Source: an uncultured beta proteobacterium
Lineage (GTDB): Bacteria; Pseudomonadota; Gammaproteobacteria; Burkholderiales; Eutrophovitaceae
Assembly (NCBI GenBank): GCA_963792855.1
Contig: CAWBXZ010000001.1
Location: 154,246-218,245 of the forward strand
DNA: 64,000 nucleotides
Direction of reading: 5' to 3'
Positions within the stretch are counted from its first letter, which is position 1; every line of letters begins with the position of its first letter. Positions 51,099 to 64,000 of this stretch are shown piece after piece. The notes beneath the pieces are model-generated. The model did not search any database and was not told the origin of the DNA. It saw only the letters and a program-made list of their open reading frames with translations. The position numbers and the translations under genes were made by a program.

Positions 51099-53038
51099 GC
51101 AAACGGCGCGACTACATCGATCTGGTAGCGCCCTATGGCGCAGCGGGCAGGTTGACGTTGCCCGGATCCAAGAGTATTTCAAACAGGGTCTTGCTGCTCG
51201 CTGCACTTGCCGAGGGAGAAACCGAGATACGCCACCTGCTGGCCTCGGACGATACGCGCTACATGATTGACGCGCTGCGCACGCTTGGCGTGGCAATAGA
51301 GCAGGGTGCCGACACTTGTACCGTCAAGGGTAATGGCGGTCGCTTCGCGACGCCGCGGGCCGAACTGTTTCTTGGAAATGCCGGGACCGCGGTCCGGCCC
51401 TTGACTGCCGCGCTGGCGTTGTTGCAGGGAAACTACCGCATCTCCGGTGTCCCGCGCATGCACGAGAGGCCCATTGGCGACCTCGTGGAAGCCCTGCGTG
51501 GCATGGGTGCGAACATCCGCTATACGGGCAAGGAAGGCTATCCGCCACTGGAAATCGCGCCGGCAAGGATAGGCACGACGTCCCCGGTCAAGGTGCGTGG
51601 CGATATCTCCAGTCAGTTCCTGACGGCGCTCCTGATGGCGCTGCCGCTCGCGCAGCAGGATGCCGTCGTCGTTGTCGAGGGAGAACTGGTTTCGAGACCT
51701 TACGTCGAAATCACGCTGAATCTGATGGCGCGCTTCGGGGTAGACGTAGTACGCGACGGTTGGCAGACGTTTCATCTGTCGAAAGACAGTCGGTACACCT
51801 CGCCGGGACGCATCGCCGTCGAGGGGGACGCGTCTGCGGCATCGTATTTTCTCGCCGCCGGGGCGATTGGCGGTGGCCCGGTCCGCGTCGACGGTGTCGG
51901 GCGCGACAGCATCCAGGGCGACGTCAGGTTTGCCGATGCGCTGATCGAGATCGGCGCCGATGTAGACATGGGCGAAGAATGGATGCAGTCGCAGGGCGTG
52001 CCAAAGCGGACGCTCAAGGCTTTCGATCTCGATTTGAATCACATTCCCGATGCGGCGATGACACTGGCGGTCGTGGCGTTGTTCTGTGATGGCACGAGCC
52101 GGCTGCGAAACATCGCCAACTGGCGCGTCAAGGAAACCGATCGGCTGGCGGCAATGGCCACCGAATTGCGCAAACTGGGGGCCGACGTGAGCGAGGGGGA
52201 CGATTACCTCGAAATCACGCCGCCGAAACGGATTGCCGAGGGTGCCTGCATCGACACCTACGATGATCACCGCATCGCGATGTGTTTCTCGCTCGCGGCG
52301 CTTTCCGGCGTCAAGGTACGCATCAACGATCCGGAATGCGTGGCCAAGACGTTTCCCGACTATTTTGAGCGCTTCGCACACCTGATCGAGGCCCCCGTGA
52401 TTGCGATAGACGGCCCATCAGGCTCGGGTAAGGGCACCGTGGCCCGGCGCGTGGCAAGCGCACTCGGGTTTCATTACCTTGACAGCGGGGCGCTGTACCG
52501 GCTGGTGGCGCTGCATGCGATCCGGCGCAAGGTCGGGTTTGGCGATACGCCGGCGCTGGCCGCGCTGGCACTGGATCTTCCGGTCGAGTTTCGCGGGGGT
52601 GACATTTTCCTCGATGGTGATCGGGTAACGGATGCGATCCGCACCGAAGAAGTGTCGCAAGCTGCCAGCGAGGTGGCAAAAAATCCTTCGGTACGTCAAT
52701 CACTTATGAAGAGGCAGCGCGATTTTCGGCGGCCTCCCGGGCTGGTGGCTGACGGCCGCGATATGGCCAGCGTCGTGTTTTCTGACGCTGCGCTCAAGGT
52801 CTATCTGGACGCCAGTGATGAAGAACGCGCGAGCAGGCGCTATAAACAGTTGAAAGACAAAGGGTTAGATGCTAATCTAGCGACCCTTTTGCGAGACATT
52901 CGGCAACGCGACGCGCGCGACAGCAACCGCAGCGTGGCTCCTCTCCAAAAGAGTGCGGACGCGAAAGTCCTCGATACAACCAATCTCACCATCGATGAAA
53001 GCGTCGACAAGGTGATTCGGTGGTTCGGGGGCGCGTGA
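51095..53038 (+). CDS. aroA: Fused EPSP synthase / cytidylate kinase
   Basis: [23 protein letters not shown] and DDHR, followed in frame by [19 protein letters not shown] and DGRDM. Confidence 0.95.
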   Translation: MSKRRDYIDLVAPYGAAGRLTLPGSKSISNRVLLLAALAEGETEIRHLLASDDTRYMIDALRTLGVAIEQGADTCTVKGNGGRFATPRAELFLGNAGTAVRPLTAALALLQGNYRISGVPRMHERPIGDLVEALRGMGANIRYTGKEGYPPLEIAPARIGTTSPVKVRGDISSQFLTALLMALPLAQQDAVVVVEGELVSRPYVEITLNLMARFGVDVVRDGWQTFHLSKDSRYTSPGRIAVEGDASAASYFLAAGAIGGGPVRVDGVGRDSIQGDVRFADALIEIGADVDMGEEWMQSQGVPKRTLKAFDLDLNHIPDAAMTLAVVALFCDGTSRLRNIANWRVKETDRLAAMATELRKLGADVSEGDDYLEITPPKRIAEGACIDTYDDHRIAMCFSLAALSGVKVRINDPECVAKTFPDYFERFAHLIEAPVIAIDGPSGSGKGTVARRVASALGFHYLDSGALYRLVALHAIRRKVGFGDTPALAALALDLPVEFRGGDIFLDGDRVTDAIRTEEVSQAASEVAKNPSVRQSLMKRQRDFRRPPGLVADGRDMASVVFSDAALKVYLDASDEERASRRYKQLKDKGLDANLATLLRDIRQRDARDSNRSVAPLQKSADAKVLDTTNLTIDESVDKVIRWFGGA

Positions 53039-53187
53039 CGCAAGGTCCCACTTCTCAAGTATTCGACGACCTGATTCATGTGTCCTGAACAACAGGACCG
53101 AGGCCGGTCTTACGAGTCTGCGAAGCGGGTTGAGAAACCAGCCCCGTTCGATTTTGGACGGCTAACAATATTGAAATCCGACACTTT

Positions 53188-54894
53188 ATGACAACCGCAA
53201 CCGAATCCCCCACGACCACCAATACCGAAAGTTTTGCCGCGCTTTTCGAGGAAAGCCTTTCCAGACAGGAAATGCGCGCGGGGGAAGTGATCACCGCTGA
53301 AGTCGTTCGCATCGACCAGAATTTCGTGGTCGTGAACGCCGGCCTCAAGTCCGAGAGCTACATTGCCCTGGAAGAATTCAAGAACGATCGAGGCGATGTC
53401 GAAGTCGCGCCGGGTGACTATGTTGCGGTCGCTATCGAAGCGCTGGAAGACGGCTACGGCGAAACGCGCCTGTCGCGCGAAAAGGCCAAGCGCCTCTCCG
53501 CCTGGCAGGACCTTGAAAAAGCGATGGAAGAGGGCCGCCTCGTCGAAGGACTGGTCAATGGCAAGGTCAAGGGCGGATTGACGGTGATGATCAACGGTAT
53601 TCGCGCGTTTCTCCCCGGTTCCCTGGTTGATATCCGCCCCGTCAAGGACACCAATCCTTTCGAGGGCAAGCAACTTGAATTCAAGGTCATCAAGCTCGAT
53701 CGCAAGCGCAACAACGTCGTCGTTTCGCGCCGTGCCGTGCTCGAAGAAAGCCAGGGCGAGGAGCGTCAGAAACTGCTCGAAACCCTCAGGGAAGGTGTTG
53801 TCGTAAAAGGCATCGTCAAGAACATTACGGACTACGGGGCATTCGTTGATCTGGGCGGCATCGACGGATTGCTGCACATTACTGATCTGGCGTGGCGGCG
53901 CGTCAAGCATCCCACCGAGGTGGTCAACGTCGGGGATGAGCTGGAAGCGAAAGTGCTGAAGTTCGATCAGGAGAAGAGCCGCGTGTCGCTCGGCCTCAAG
54001 CAGCTTGGCGAGGACCCATGGGTTGGCCTGTCGCGCCGTTACCCCACGGGAACGCGTTTGTTTGGCAAGATTTCCAACCTTACCGACTACGGCGCATTCG
54101 TGGAAATCGAGTCCGGTATCGAAGGCCTGGTGCATGTCTCCGAAATGGACTGGACCAACAAGAACGTACATCCGGCCAAGGTCGTACAGGTTGGTGATGA
54201 GGTCGAGGTCATGATTCTGGAGATTGACGAAGACCGTCGGCGCATCTCGTTGGGTATGAAGCAGTGCAAGCCCAATCCATGGGAGGAATTCTCGCAAAAC
54301 GTCAACAAGGGCGAGAAAGTGCGGGGGCAAATCAAGTCAATTACGGACTTCGGCATCTTTATCGGCCTTCCGGGCGGTATCGACGGTCTGGTGCATCTGT
54401 CGGATCTGTCGTGGTCGGAACCCGGAGAGGACGCGGTACGAAAGTACAAGAAAGGCGATGAAGTCGAAGCCATGGTGCTTGCCATTGATGTCGAGCGCGA
54501 GCGCATCTCGCTGGGTATCAAGCAGCTCGAGGGCGACCCCTTCTCCAACTATGTATCGATGCACGACAAGGGTTCGGTGGTAGAAGGTGTTGTCACGGCG
54601 ATTGATCCCAAGGGCGCCGTCGTCACTCTGGATGGCAATGTCGAAGCGTACTTGCGTGCATCGGAAGTGTCGCGAGACCGGGTTGAAGATATTCGTGCTC
54701 ACCTGAAGGAAGGTGACCGTGTGTCGACGATGATCATCAACATCGACCGCAAGAATCGCAATATCAATCTTTCGATCAAGGCCAAGGATGCCGCCGAAGA
54801 GGCGGAAGCCGTCCAGAAGCACAGCTCGGACAGTCAGGCCAGTGCCGGAACAACCAATCTTGGAGCATTGCTGAAAGCCAAACTGGGGAAGTGA
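53188..54894 (+). CDS. rpsA: 30S ribosomal protein S1
   Basis: [10 protein letters not shown], repeated S1 domains (TDYGAFV..GLLH). Confidence 0.97.
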   Translation: MTTATESPTTTNTESFAALFEESLSRQEMRAGEVITAEVVRIDQNFVVVNAGLKSESYIALEEFKNDRGDVEVAPGDYVAVAIEALEDGYGETRLSREKAKRLSAWQDLEKAMEEGRLVEGLVNGKVKGGLTVMINGIRAFLPGSLVDIRPVKDTNPFEGKQLEFKVIKLDRKRNNVVVSRRAVLEESQGEERQKLLETLREGVVVKGIVKNITDYGAFVDLGGIDGLLHITDLAWRRVKHPTEVVNVGDELEAKVLKFDQEKSRVSLGLKQLGEDPWVGLSRRYPTGTRLFGKISNLTDYGAFVEIESGIEGLVHVSEMDWTNKNVHPAKVVQVGDEVEVMILEIDEDRRRISLGMKQCKPNPWEEFSQNVNKGEKVRGQIKSITDFGIFIGLPGGIDGLVHLSDLSWSEPGEDAVRKYKKGDEVEAMVLAIDVERERISLGIKQLEGDPFSNYVSMHDKGSVVEGVVTAIDPKGAVVTLDGNVEAYLRASEVSRDRVEDIRAHLKEGDRVSTMIINIDRKNRNINLSIKAKDAAEEAEAVQKHSSDSQASAGTTNLGALLKAKLGK

Positions 54895-54932
54895 TAGCCC
54901 GGGTTGAATAACGATAAACAACAGGACATGCC

Positions 54933-55220
54933 ATGACCAAGTCGGAACTTATCGCCAGGCTTGCGGCACATTTCCCGCAACTTGTTGCCAGCGATGCGGA
55001 GCTGGCGGTAAAGATGATTCTTGACGCGATGACCAAGAGTTTGTCTACCGGTCAACGCATCGAGATCCGCGGTTTTGGCAGTTTCGGGCTGAATTACCGG
55101 CCACCGCGCGTTGGGCGAAATCCGAAATCGGGTGAAAAGGTGCAAGTGCCGGCGAAGTATGTGCCGCACTTCAAGGCCGGCAAGGAGTTGCGCGAGCGGG
55201 TAGACGTCAAGAATCAGTGA
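54933..55220 (+). CDS. ihfB: Integration host factor beta
   Basis: [34 protein letters not shown]. Confidence 0.97.
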   Translation: MTKSELIARLAAHFPQLVASDAELAVKMILDAMTKSLSTGQRIEIRGFGSFGLNYRPPRVGRNPKSGEKVQVPAKYVPHFKAGKELRERVDVKNQ

Positions 55221-55337
55221 AGTCCGCTCTGAAACAGACAAACAGCACCCTGGAAAGCGGCATCAGTGAATGATCTTGCCGCTTTTTTTGTACCGGATGC
55301 GGCACCGCATGTTTGCCAAGGATAGCGAGATACGCTC

Positions 55338-55601
55338 GTGAGATATCTGCTCTGGGTTCTTCGACTTCTGGTCTTCGTCATTTTGCTGGGGTTCGCGCTC
55401 AAGAATACCGACCCGGTGACGGTGCATTTCTACCTGGGCACGCAATGGGAAGCGCCGGGCGCATTCGTATTGCTGGTAGCTTTCGCGCTGGGCGCGGTCG
55501 GGGGTGTTCTCGCCAGCCTTGGCGTGATATTTCGCCGGCGCCGAGAAGTCGCATCATTGAAAAAGCAGCTTCGAGCCGTAGATGCCGGTAATGCCGGATG
55601 A
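55338..55601 (+). CDS. lapA: LPS assembly protein LapA
   Basis: Two TMs with FALKN..V; lies between ihfB and lapB. Confidence 0.85.
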   Translation: MRYLLWVLRLLVFVILLGFALKNTDPVTVHFYLGTQWEAPGAFVLLVAFALGAVGGVLASLGVIFRRRREVASLKKQLRAVDAGNAG

Positions 55602-55627
55602 CTCGTTTTGGCAACTGAAGACCACGT

Positions 55628-56803
55628 ATGGAATTTGAACTCTGGTGGCTGCTTGGATTCCCCTTGTTTTTTATCCTCGGCTGGCTTGCCGCGCGTATTG
55701 ACATAAAGCAACTGCTTTCAGAATCCCGAGCCCTGCCGCTTTCTTATTTCAAGGGCCTGAATTTCCTCCTTAATGAGCAACCCGACAAGGCGATAGAAGC
55801 CTTGATCGAGGTGGTGAAGGTCGAACCCCAGACCGTGGAGTTGCATTTTGCACTCGGCAGCCTGTTTCGCCGCAGAGGCGAAGTCGAGCGGGCGATCAGG
55901 ATGCACCAGAATCTGCTCGACCGGCCCGATCTGCGAGGCGACGCCCGCCTGCATGCGCTCTATGAGTTGGCGCAGGACTATCTGAAAGCGGGTTTGCTGG
56001 ACCGGGCCGAGGAGTTCTTTGCCAAACTCGAAGGCACCGACTACGAACAACAGGGGCTGAAATTCCTTCTCGAAATCTACGAGCAGGAAAAGGACTGGAA
56101 AAAAGCCATCGAGGCTTCCCGGCGCATGGATGATGTCACGGGGAAGTCGAGCGAGCGCGACATCGCCAACTACTTCTGCGAGCTGGCGGCTGGCGAGTTG
56201 ACCGAGTCCGGTCCCGAGGCGGCGCGCCGGCATTTGCAGGAGGCGCTCTCGGTCAACCGCAAATGCGTTCGCGCCAATATGTTGCTCGGTGACCTGGCGA
56301 TGTCGGACGGCGACGCAAAGGCGGCGATCGCACACTGGAAACGGATCGAGCAGCAGGACCCGGCGTACCTTTCGCTGGTGGCGGAAAAGATCGTCGGTGC
56401 CTACCGGCAGCTGGGGCAGACCGGAGAAGGGGTGCGTCTGATCCGCGAATATCTCTCGCGCTATCCGTCGCTTGACTTGCTCAATGTCACTTTTGAGGGC
56501 GAACTCGAAGTGCAAGGCGCTGCGTCGGCCAACCGGCTGGTGCGCGAGGAGTTGATGCGCAATCCGACCTTGCTTGGTCTGGACAAGCTGCTCGAAGTGC
56601 AGTTGATGGAAGCCCCGCCCGAACGTCGCAACGATCTCCAGTTGATCAAGAACCTGATCCATCAGCACACGCGAAGTCTGGCGCTGTACCGTTGCGATGC
56701 CTGTGGTTTCAGGGCCCGCCAGTTCTACTGGCATTGCCCGGCCTGCAACGCCTGGGAGACTTACCCGCCGCGGCGTTCGGAGGAGCAGGAGGTGGCGAGC
56801 TGA
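55628..56803 (+). CDS. lapB: LPS assembly protein LapB
   Basis: [19 protein letters not shown] repeats, C-terminal CxxC..CPAC. Confidence 0.95.
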   Translation: MEFELWWLLGFPLFFILGWLAARIDIKQLLSESRALPLSYFKGLNFLLNEQPDKAIEALIEVVKVEPQTVELHFALGSLFRRRGEVERAIRMHQNLLDRPDLRGDARLHALYELAQDYLKAGLLDRAEEFFAKLEGTDYEQQGLKFLLEIYEQEKDWKKAIEASRRMDDVTGKSSERDIANYFCELAAGELTESGPEAARRHLQEALSVNRKCVRANMLLGDLAMSDGDAKAAIAHWKRIEQQDPAYLSLVAEKIVGAYRQLGQTGEGVRLIREYLSRYPSLDLLNVTFEGELEVQGAASANRLVREELMRNPTLLGLDKLLEVQLMEAPPERRNDLQLIKNLIHQHTRSLALYRCDACGFRARQFYWHCPACNAWETYPPRRSEEQEVAS

Positions 56804-57510
56804 TGTCTTCCCGAGTTATCGTCGCGCTGGACTTCCCGGAAGCCGAATCGGCAAATGCATTCACCAAATTGCTCTCTCCCGATGCATGCAAGCTCAAAAT
56901 CGGCAAGGAATTGTTCACGGCGGAAGGTCCCGGTTTGGTGGAATCGCTGGTGCGGCAAGGTTTTGATGTCTTTCTCGACCTCAAATTTCACGATATTCCG
57001 ACGACCGTCGCGCGTGCGTGTGCCGCTGCCGCCAGGCTTGGTGTGTGGATGCTCAATGTGCACGCCCTCGGTGGCGGGGCGATGGTGCAGGCAGCCAGGG
57101 ATGCGCTGGAAAGCGGCAGCGACCGGCCATTACTGATCGCGGTTACGGTCCTGACATCCATGACAGACAGCGATTTGCAGGAAATCGGGATGGCGTCGGG
57201 TGCCGCGCAATCCGTGGTTCGGCTTGCCGGTCTCGCGCACGCTCACGGGGCGGATGGCGTGGTCTGTTCGGCGCTCGAGGCAGGGGCGCTACGAGACCGT
57301 TTCGGCGACGGCTTTCTGCGCGTCACACCGGGCATACGCCTTGCGGGCAATGCGGCCGATGACCAGAAGCGGGTGATGACGCCGGCACGTGCCATACGCG
57401 GCGGGTCGAGCTATCTGGTCGTGGGGCGGCCGGTGACCAGAGCGGATGATCCGGCTGCGGTGTTGCGGCGTATTGAGCAGGAATTGCTGGAAAGCGGGGA
57501 ACAACATTGA
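56803..57510 (+). CDS. pyrF: Orotidine-5'-phosphate decarboxylase
   Basis: [26 protein letters not shown]; TGATG overlap with lapB. Confidence 0.95.
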   Translation: MSSRVIVALDFPEAESANAFTKLLSPDACKLKIGKELFTAEGPGLVESLVRQGFDVFLDLKFHDIPTTVARACAAAARLGVWMLNVHALGGGAMVQAARDALESGSDRPLLIAVTVLTSMTDSDLQEIGMASGAAQSVVRLAGLAHAHGADGVVCSALEAGALRDRFGDGFLRVTPGIRLAGNAADDQKRVMTPARAIRGGSSYLVVGRPVTRADDPAAVLRRIEQELLESGEQH

Positions 57511-58829
57511 AAATCACAGTCATCGGTTCCGGGTATGTCGGCCTGGTGTCAGGCGCTTGCCTGGCCGATTTCGGCAATGACGTAGTCTGTCTCGACCTCG
57601 ATGCCGACAAAATCGAGTTGTTGAACAGGGGCGGGATGCCCATTTACGAACCGGGTCTGGAACAACTCGTGGCGCGCAACCGTGAAGCAGGGCGGTTGCG
57701 TTTCACCACCGATGTCGCGATGTCGGTGGCACACGGTGCCGTGCAATTCATCGCCGTAGGCACTCCGTCGGACGAGGACGGCTCGGCGGACATGCGCTAC
57801 GTACTGGACGCGGCGCGAAATATTGCAAAGCACATGGTCGATTACAAGGTGATCGTTGACAAGTCGACGGTTCCGGTCGGTACTGCCGAACGGGTTCAGG
57901 CGGTGATGCAGGAAGAACTGCGCGCGCGCGGCGCAGAAACAGCCTTCGGCGTGGTCTCGAATCCTGAATTCCTCAAAGAGGGTGCTGCCGTCGAGGATTT
58001 CATGCGGCCAGACCGCATCGTGGTTGGCGGCACGGACCCGAAGGCGCTTGGCATCATGCGGCAGCTGTACGCACCGATCAATCGCGTGCATGACCGGATG
58101 ATCGTCATGGACACGCGCTCGGCGGAGTTGACCAAATATGCTGCGAACGCGATGCTGGCGACGCGAATTTCATTCATGAACGAGTTGGCCAATTTATCGG
58201 AGAAACTGGGCGCAAACATCGAGATGGTTCGTCACGGCATCGGCTCCGACCCGCGGATCGGCTTCCAGTTTCTTTATGCCGGAGCCGGTTACGGCGGGTC
58301 ATGCTTTCCCAAGGACATCAGGGCATTGCAGCACAGTGCCGGTGACTACGGAATGCAGTTGACCATTCTCGACGCAGTGGAGAAAGTCAACCGTACCCAG
58401 AAACAGCGCATCCTGGACAAGGTGCGAATTCGCTTCGGAGAGCATCTGGACGGCAAACGTTTTGCAATCTGGGGTCTTGCTTTCAAACCCAATACCGACG
58501 ACATGCGCGAAGCGCCAAGCCGGGTGGTTATCAACGGCTTGCTTGCGCGTGGTGCGAGCGTGTGCGCATACGACCCGGTCGCCATGAAAGAGGCGAAGCG
58601 TCTGATGGCGAACGATGGCAGCGTCAGTTTCGCAAAGGCGCCGATCGAGGCGCTTGACGGCGCGGATGCGTTGATCATCGTTACGGAATGGAAAGAGTTC
58701 CGCAGTCCGGATTTTGGCGAGATCAAATCACGGCTCAAACACCCGGTCATTTTCGATGGGCGCAATCTCTATGATCCCGCCGCGGTGCAAGAGCTGGGTA
58801 TTGAATACCTCTCGATAGGGCGGCCGTGA
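57507..58829 (+). CDS. ugd: UDP-glucose 6-dehydrogenase
   Basis: [33 protein letters not shown]. Confidence 0.95.
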   Translation: MKITVIGSGYVGLVSGACLADFGNDVVCLDLDADKIELLNRGGMPIYEPGLEQLVARNREAGRLRFTTDVAMSVAHGAVQFIAVGTPSDEDGSADMRYVLDAARNIAKHMVDYKVIVDKSTVPVGTAERVQAVMQEELRARGAETAFGVVSNPEFLKEGAAVEDFMRPDRIVVGGTDPKALGIMRQLYAPINRVHDRMIVMDTRSAELTKYAANAMLATRISFMNELANLSEKLGANIEMVRHGIGSDPRIGFQFLYAGAGYGGSCFPKDIRALQHSAGDYGMQLTILDAVEKVNRTQKQRILDKVRIRFGEHLDGKRFAIWGLAFKPNTDDMREAPSRVVINGLLARGASVCAYDPVAMKEAKRLMANDGSVSFAKAPIEALDGADALIIVTEWKEFRSPDFGEIKSRLKHPVIFDGRNLYDPAAVQELGIEYLSIGRP

Positions 58830-59761
58830 CGGACAAACGGGTGATGGCGGCGGTGGCGGGGGCGCGCGCGCTCGTCGTCGGCGACGTCATGCTCGACCGG
58901 TACTGGTTTGGCGACGTCGAACGGATTTCTCCGGAAGCGCCGGTGCCCGTGGTGAGGGTATCCAGAACGGAAGAGCGCCTTGGCGGTGCAGCCAACGTCG
59001 CATGGAACATGGCGGCCGTCGGCGCAAGACCGGTACTGTTGTCCGTCGTCGGCGACGATGAAGCGGCTGACAGTCTGCAGAGACACCTCGATGAGCAGCG
59101 CATCGATGCGCGTCTGCATCGGGATTCGTCACTCTCGACCACTATCAAGCTGCGCGTGATCGGACGGCAACAACAGCTTGTTCGCATCGACTTCGAAAAC
59201 GAACCGGGACACGAGGCGCTCGCAGCAAAGCTGGCCGATTTCGAGGCGAACCTTCCCGAGTGCGATGTGGTCGTCCTGTCCGATTACGGCAAAGGCGGAC
59301 TGAAGCATATCGAGCGCATGATCGAGCTGTCACGCGCGCAGGGCAAACCGGTTCTGGTCGATCCCAAAGGCGACGATTATTCGCGCTATGCGGGCGCCAC
59401 CGTCGTCACGCCCAACCGCGCGGAATTGCGCGAGGTCGTCGGCCGCTGGAAAGACGAGGCGGACCTGACTCGCCGTGCCCAACAGTTGCGTGAATCGCTG
59501 GGACTGGAAGCGCTGCTCGTTACCCGCAGCGAAGAGGGGATGACCCTGTATAGTGATGCGCAGCGCTTTCATGTCGCGACCCGCGCGCGTGAAGTGTACG
59601 ATGTAAGTGGTGCTGGGGACACGGTGATCGGTATTCTGGCCGTGATGCTGGCAAGTGGACAGTCGCTGGCCCAGTCAGTTGAATGGGCCAACAAGGCGGC
59701 GGGAATCGTTGTCGGCAAGCTCGGTACCGCGGTCGTGCTTCCTGAAGAATTGTTTGAGTGA
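58826..59761 (+). CDS. rfaE1: D-glycero-beta-D-manno-heptose-7-phosphate kinase
   Basis: [32 protein letters not shown]. Confidence 0.94.
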   Translation: MTDKRVMAAVAGARALVVGDVMLDRYWFGDVERISPEAPVPVVRVSRTEERLGGAANVAWNMAAVGARPVLLSVVGDDEAADSLQRHLDEQRIDARLHRDSSLSTTIKLRVIGRQQQLVRIDFENEPGHEALAAKLADFEANLPECDVVVLSDYGKGGLKHIERMIELSRAQGKPVLVDPKGDDYSRYAGATVVTPNRAELREVVGRWKDEADLTRRAQQLRESLGLEALLVTRSEEGMTLYSDAQRFHVATRAREVYDVSGAGDTVIGILAVMLASGQSLAQSVEWANKAAGIVVGKLGTAVVLPEELFE

Positions 59762-59775
59762 AATCGGTGGATTCG

Positions 59776-60774
59776 ATGTATATCGTTGTTACAGGCGCGG
59801 CCGGCTTTATCGGCGCGAATGTCGTCAAGGCGTTGAACGAACGTGGTGTCGATAACATTATCGCGGTAGACAATCTCAGCCGCGCGGACAAGTTTCGCAA
59901 CCTCGTCGATTGCGACATTGCGGATTATTTCCACAAGGACGATTTTCGTAACGCGCTGTCGGCGGGCGCGTTCGACGGCGAAGTGGCGGCGATACTTCAC
60001 CAGGGGGCCTGTTCCGATACCATGGCGGCCGATGGCCGTTACGTGATGGATAACAACTTTCGTTATTCACTCGACATGCTGAGCTATTGCCAGACCGAAT
60101 CCGTGCCGCTGATCTACGCCTCATCGGCTGCCGTGTACGGAGCGAATAACGAGTTCCGGGAAGACCGCAGCGCTGAAAAACCACTCAACGTCTACGGCTA
60201 CTCGAAGTTTCTGTTCGATCAGGTCGTTCGCCGCCGTTGGGATGACAACACCGCCCAGGTCGTTGGTCTGCGGTACTTCAACGTGTACGGCCCGCGCGAA
60301 TCGCACAAGCAGCGCATGGCGTCGGTGGCATTTCATTTCTTCAACCAGTATATGGAAACCGGGGCGGTCAGCCTGTTCGAGGGCAGCGGCGGGTTTGCGG
60401 CCGGAGAGCAGCGGCGTGACTTTGTTTCGGTCGACGACGTCGTTAACGTCAATATGTGGTTTCTCGAGAACCCGGACCGGTCGGGTATTTTCAACTGCGG
60501 AACGGGTGCGTCGCAGACTTTCAATGATGTTGCTGTAGCAACCGTGAACGCCGTGCGCCAGGCGCAGGGTGATTCGGAGGGGCTCAGTCTCGACGAACTG
60601 AAGTCTCAGGGGGTCATCCGCTACGTGGCGTTTCCCGACGGACTGAAGGAAAAGTACCAGAGTTTCACCGAAGCCGATCTCACGAATTTGCGCGGCTGCG
60701 GCTATGACGGGGCATTCTCCAATGTCGAGCAAGGCGTGACGCGCTACGTACAGTGGCTATTGCAGACGCAATGA
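59776..60774 (+). CDS. rfaD: ADP-L-glycero-D-manno-heptose-6-epimerase
   Basis: TGAAGFIG, HQGACSDT, YGYSK, RYFNVYGP, KYQSFT. Confidence 0.95.
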   Translation: MYIVVTGAAGFIGANVVKALNERGVDNIIAVDNLSRADKFRNLVDCDIADYFHKDDFRNALSAGAFDGEVAAILHQGACSDTMAADGRYVMDNNFRYSLDMLSYCQTESVPLIYASSAAVYGANNEFREDRSAEKPLNVYGYSKFLFDQVVRRRWDDNTAQVVGLRYFNVYGPRESHKQRMASVAFHFFNQYMETGAVSLFEGSGGFAAGEQRRDFVSVDDVVNVNMWFLENPDRSGIFNCGTGASQTFNDVAVATVNAVRQAQGDSEGLSLDELKSQGVIRYVAFPDGLKEKYQSFTEADLTNLRGCGYDGAFSNVEQGVTRYVQWLLQTQ

Positions 60775-60814
60775 ACAACCCGGGTAAAGTATTACCTCCT
60801 CGCAGCAGGGAGCA

Positions 60815-61717
60815 GTGGTTGTGAGTTCGTACAAGACGCTCGACGATTTTGTCGGTAACACGCCGCTGGTTCGCCTCAAGCGCCTGGCGGGCAATACCGG
60901 TAACACGATACTGGCGAAGCTCGAGGGCAACAATCCAGCCGGTTCAGTCAAGGACAGGCCGGCGTTTTCGATGATCATGCACGCGGAACGGCGCGGGCAA
61001 ATCAAGGCGGGCGATACGCTCGTCGAAGCAACATCCGGAAATACCGGAATCGCACTGGCTATGGTCGCCGCCATGCGCGGGTACCGGATCATACTGGTCA
61101 TGCCGGAAAACTCGTCGGTCGAGCGCCGCCAGACGATGGCGGCCTTCGGCGCCAGGATTGTCCTGACACCCGCAACTGGCGGCATGGAAGCGGCGCGCGA
61201 CACGGCAAACGCGATGCAGGCGCGTGGCGAAGGGCTCATTCTCGACCAGTTCGCCAATCCCGATAACCCGCTGGCACACTACGAGGGCACTGGTCCGGAA
61301 ATCTGGCGTGACACGGACGGCAAGGTGACCCATTTTGTCTCGAGCATGGGCACGACCGGCACCATCATGGGGGTTTCGCGTTATCTCAAGGAGCGCAATC
61401 CCTCAGTGCAGATCATCGGCTGCCAGCCCACCAGCGGTTCGCAGATTCCCGGCATCCGAAAATGGCCGGAGGCATATTTGCCGAGCATTTTTGACCGTCA
61501 GCGGGTGGATCGCGTCGTTGAGGTCAGTCAGGCCGATGCGGAAGAAACGACACGCAGGCTGGCACGAGAGGAGGGCATATTCGCCGGAATCTCTTCCGGC
61601 GGAGCCATGTGGGTAGCGCTTCAAATGTCGCGTGAGCTCAGCGATGCAACGATTGTGAGCATCGTCTGCGATCGTGGCGACCGTTATCTGTCCACCGGGG
61701 TTTTTCCGGCCGAGTAG
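60815..61717 (+). CDS. cysM: Cysteine synthase B
   Basis: KLEGNNPAGSVKDR, SMGTTGT, IPGIRKW, DRGDRYLSTG. Confidence 0.94.
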   Translation: MVVSSYKTLDDFVGNTPLVRLKRLAGNTGNTILAKLEGNNPAGSVKDRPAFSMIMHAERRGQIKAGDTLVEATSGNTGIALAMVAAMRGYRIILVMPENSSVERRQTMAAFGARIVLTPATGGMEAARDTANAMQARGEGLILDQFANPDNPLAHYEGTGPEIWRDTDGKVTHFVSSMGTTGTIMGVSRYLKERNPSVQIIGCQPTSGSQIPGIRKWPEAYLPSIFDRQRVDRVVEVSQADAEETTRRLAREEGIFAGISSGGAMWVALQMSRELSDATIVSIVCDRGDRYLSTGVFPAE

Positions 61718-61718
61718 T

Positions 61719-63602
61719 TTAGTGTGCTTGCCGGCCCGGCGGTGTCCAGCGCTTCTGTGAACGCCACAACGTCGCCAGCAGGAGTTCACGCTTGAGCACG
61801 AACTCCTTGGGGAGCTTGTCGTAGAGCTTCACGAACAATTCCTCGTGCGAGAGCAACTCCTGTATCCACAAATCACGATTGACTGACATCAATGCAGCGA
61901 ACCGCTCAGCGTCGATCTCGTCCAGCCCGGTCCAGTCGATGTCGGCGTGGTTCGGCATCCAGCCCAGCGGACTCTCGGCGGCGCCGGCGCGACCGTGGCA
62001 GCGATCGACAATCCATTTCAGGATGCGCATGTTCTCGCCAAAACCCGGCCACAGAAACTGGCCATCGTCATTCTTGCGGAACCAGTTCACCGCAAAGATT
62101 CGCGGCGGATGTTTGACCTTGCGGCCGATCTCAAGCCAGTGATCGAAGTAATCGCCGATGTGGTAGCCACAGAAAGGCAGCATTGCGAACGGATCACGGC
62201 GCACCTTGCCGACCTTGTGTGCTGCTGCAGCCGTCGTCTCGGAGCCCATGGTCGCTGCCATGTAAACGCCGTCGACCCAGTTGAAGCTTTCCGTCACAAG
62301 GGGGGTGGTGGTGCTTCGTCTCCCGCCAAAGATGAACGCCGAAATCGGCACGCCGTCAGGCTGTTCCCAATCGGGGTCGATCGACGGGCATTGCGAGGCG
62401 GGCGCGGTGAAACGCGCATTTGGGTGTGCCGCGTTGCGGCCGCAGTCTGGGGTCCACGGATTTCCCTGCCAGTCAGTCAGTTGTGCTGGCGGTTCTCCCA
62501 TGCCTTCCCACCAGACGTCACCGTCCGGGGTCATGGCAACGTTGGTAAACACGCAGTTTTTCGATAGCGTCGCCATCGCGTTCGGGTTGGACTGTTCGGA
62601 TGTTCCGGGGGCGACGCCGAAGAAACCGTATTCCGGATTGATCGCGTAGAGCCGACCGTCGGCACCGGGTTTGATCCAGGCAATGTCATCGCCGATCGTC
62701 GTGATCTTCCATCCCTTGAACGCATCTGGCGGTATCAGCATCGCGAAGTTGGTTTTACCGCACGCGCTCGGAAAAGCCGCCGCGATGTAAGTCTTTTCGC
62801 CCTGGGGAGACTCAACGCCGAGAATCAGCATGTGCTCGGCCAGCCACCCTTGCTCGAGCCCCATCGCCGAGGCAATACGCAAGGCAAAACACTTCTTGCC
62901 AAGCAGTGCATTGCCGCCATAGCCGCTGCCGAACGACCAGATGGCCTTGTCTTCCGGGAAATGCACGATGTACTTCTGGTCCTGGTTGCAGGGCCATGCG
63001 ACGTCCTTGTCACCCGGACTCAAGGGCATCCCCACCGAGTGAACGCAGCGCACGAAATCGCCCGCGTCACCCAGAACATCAAAAACCGCCTTTCCCATGC
63101 GCGTCATCACCCGCATGCTGGCCGCGACGTAAGGTGAATCCGTCAACTGGATTCCGATGTGTGAAATCGGGGATCCGATCGGTCCCATCGAGAACGGAAC
63201 GACATAAAGCGTCCTGCCCCGCATGCAGCCCTTGAACAGCTCCTTGAGGCGTTTTTTCATCTGTGCCGGTGCCATCCAGTTGTTGGTGGGCCCGGCGTCA
63301 TGGCGATGGGTGCTGCAGATAAAGGTCCGGTCCTCTACCCGTGCAACGTCGGAGGGGTCGGAGCGCGCGAGGAAGCTGTTGGGGCGCTTTTCCGGATTGA
63401 GCTGAATGAAGGTGCCGGCCTCCACCAGTTGGCGGCACAATGCGTCATATTCAGCTTGCGAACCATCACACCAATGCACCCGCTCCGGTTCCGCCAGCCT
63501 GGCGAACTCGGAAATCCAGTCCACCAGCGCCTGGTGACGCACGTACTCCGGCGTATGTTCCGCTTCGTCAGCGGTTGCCCTGACAGGCTCGACTGATACC
63601 AC
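61719..63602 (-). CDS. pckG: GTP-dependent phosphoenolpyruvate carboxykinase
   Basis: [37 protein letters not shown]. Start GTG 63602 chosen from the RBS. Confidence 0.94.
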   Translation of the reverse strand: MVSVEPVRATADEAEHTPEYVRHQALVDWISEFARLAEPERVHWCDGSQAEYDALCRQLVEAGTFIQLNPEKRPNSFLARSDPSDVARVEDRTFICSTHRHDAGPTNNWMAPAQMKKRLKELFKGCMRGRTLYVVPFSMGPIGSPISHIGIQLTDSPYVAASMRVMTRMGKAVFDVLGDAGDFVRCVHSVGMPLSPGDKDVAWPCNQDQKYIVHFPEDKAIWSFGSGYGGNALLGKKCFALRIASAMGLEQGWLAEHMLILGVESPQGEKTYIAAAFPSACGKTNFAMLIPPDAFKGWKITTIGDDIAWIKPGADGRLYAINPEYGFFGVAPGTSEQSNPNAMATLSKNCVFTNVAMTPDGDVWWEGMGEPPAQLTDWQGNPWTPDCGRNAAHPNARFTAPASQCPSIDPDWEQPDGVPISAFIFGGRRSTTTPLVTESFNWVDGVYMAATMGSETTAAAAHKVGKVRRDPFAMLPFCGYHIGDYFDHWLEIGRKVKHPPRIFAVNWFRKNDDGQFLWPGFGENMRILKWIVDRCHGRAGAAESPLGWMPNHADIDWTGLDEIDAERFAALMSVNRDLWIQELLSHEELFVKLYDKLPKEFVLKRELLLATLWRSQKRWTPPGRQAH

Positions 63603-63938
63603 CTCTATCCCCCCTTGACTGCATTTTCTTTGGCTTTTTGAGAGTCTAGCACCGTAATTCGTTACGGTGAGCACGAATATGGCAGGGGCAGGGATACCGC
63701 CGTCCCCGTACCCGCCTGCATGGCCCCGGTTACGGCGGGCGCCGTGCACGGCCGCCGCTGATCGGCGGACCTTCCGTTAAAATCACGCGTCTCGCCGGAT
63801 CGGCTGCACGGATGCCTCGCGTCAGTCTGCTCAAGGGCCTGCGGCGCCGAAGCGCGTTTGGTCCGGAGCAGGGCAGGCGCAATCGCACGCGGCCGGTTAC
63901 CCCTGGCGCAGACTTTTTCCTTGCAAGAAGGGCATTGA

Positions 63939-64000
63939 ATGACTCCGGTACTGGTGTTTGACATCGAAACCATTCCCGATATCGACGGACTTCGGAATCT
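63939..64000 (+). CDS. 5' fragment of a DEDD 3'-5' exonuclease-like protein
   Basis: MTPVLVFDIETIPDIDGL..; runs off the window. Confidence 0.7.
   Translation, partial: MTPVLVFDIETIPDIDGLRN

Noticed and set aside
51095-53038. aroA-cmk fusion as a novelty
   Set aside because: The fusion is real but already known from several betaproteobacterial lineages.

Overview
GC-rich chromosomal window from a betaproteobacterium, judged by the gene order gyrA-serC-serA-pheA-hisC-tyrA-aroA/cmk-rpsA-ihfB-lapAB-pyrF-ugd-hldA-hldD-cysM, the dapA-bamC and aat-bpt pairs, and the tmRNA tag ANDERYALAA. Most of it is housekeeping. I see no integrase, transposase, phage gene or CRISPR array. The most interesting part is a ~13 kb two-armed PQQ locus (14.9-28.1 kb). 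One arm is pqqA1-hairpin-pqqBCDE followed by an ABC ATPase and permease with no binding protein. The other arm is pqqA2-hairpin followed by a YncD/PqqU-like TonB-dependent receptor and a cytochrome b561. Between the arms lie a long TonB, a prolyl aminopeptidase (no pqqF in the window) and a MoxY-like kinase/NarL-type regulator pair. A shared palindromic box lies upstream of both pqqA copies. Other points of interest: an array downstream of tmRNA made of copies of its 3' end, each split in the T-loop by multi-hairpin modules; a single-chain NfnB-NfnA-like flavoprotein beside a soluble RnfB; an OmpA lipoprotein with a ~220-aa repeat linker lacking any basic residue; a REP-like 30-bp tandem repeat over the dapA stop; and two further unannotated small ORFs. 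Three single-base insertions (pyrD, an MBL hydrolase, the gyrA tail) look like assembly errors. All family calls come from motif recognition by eye, not from database searches.
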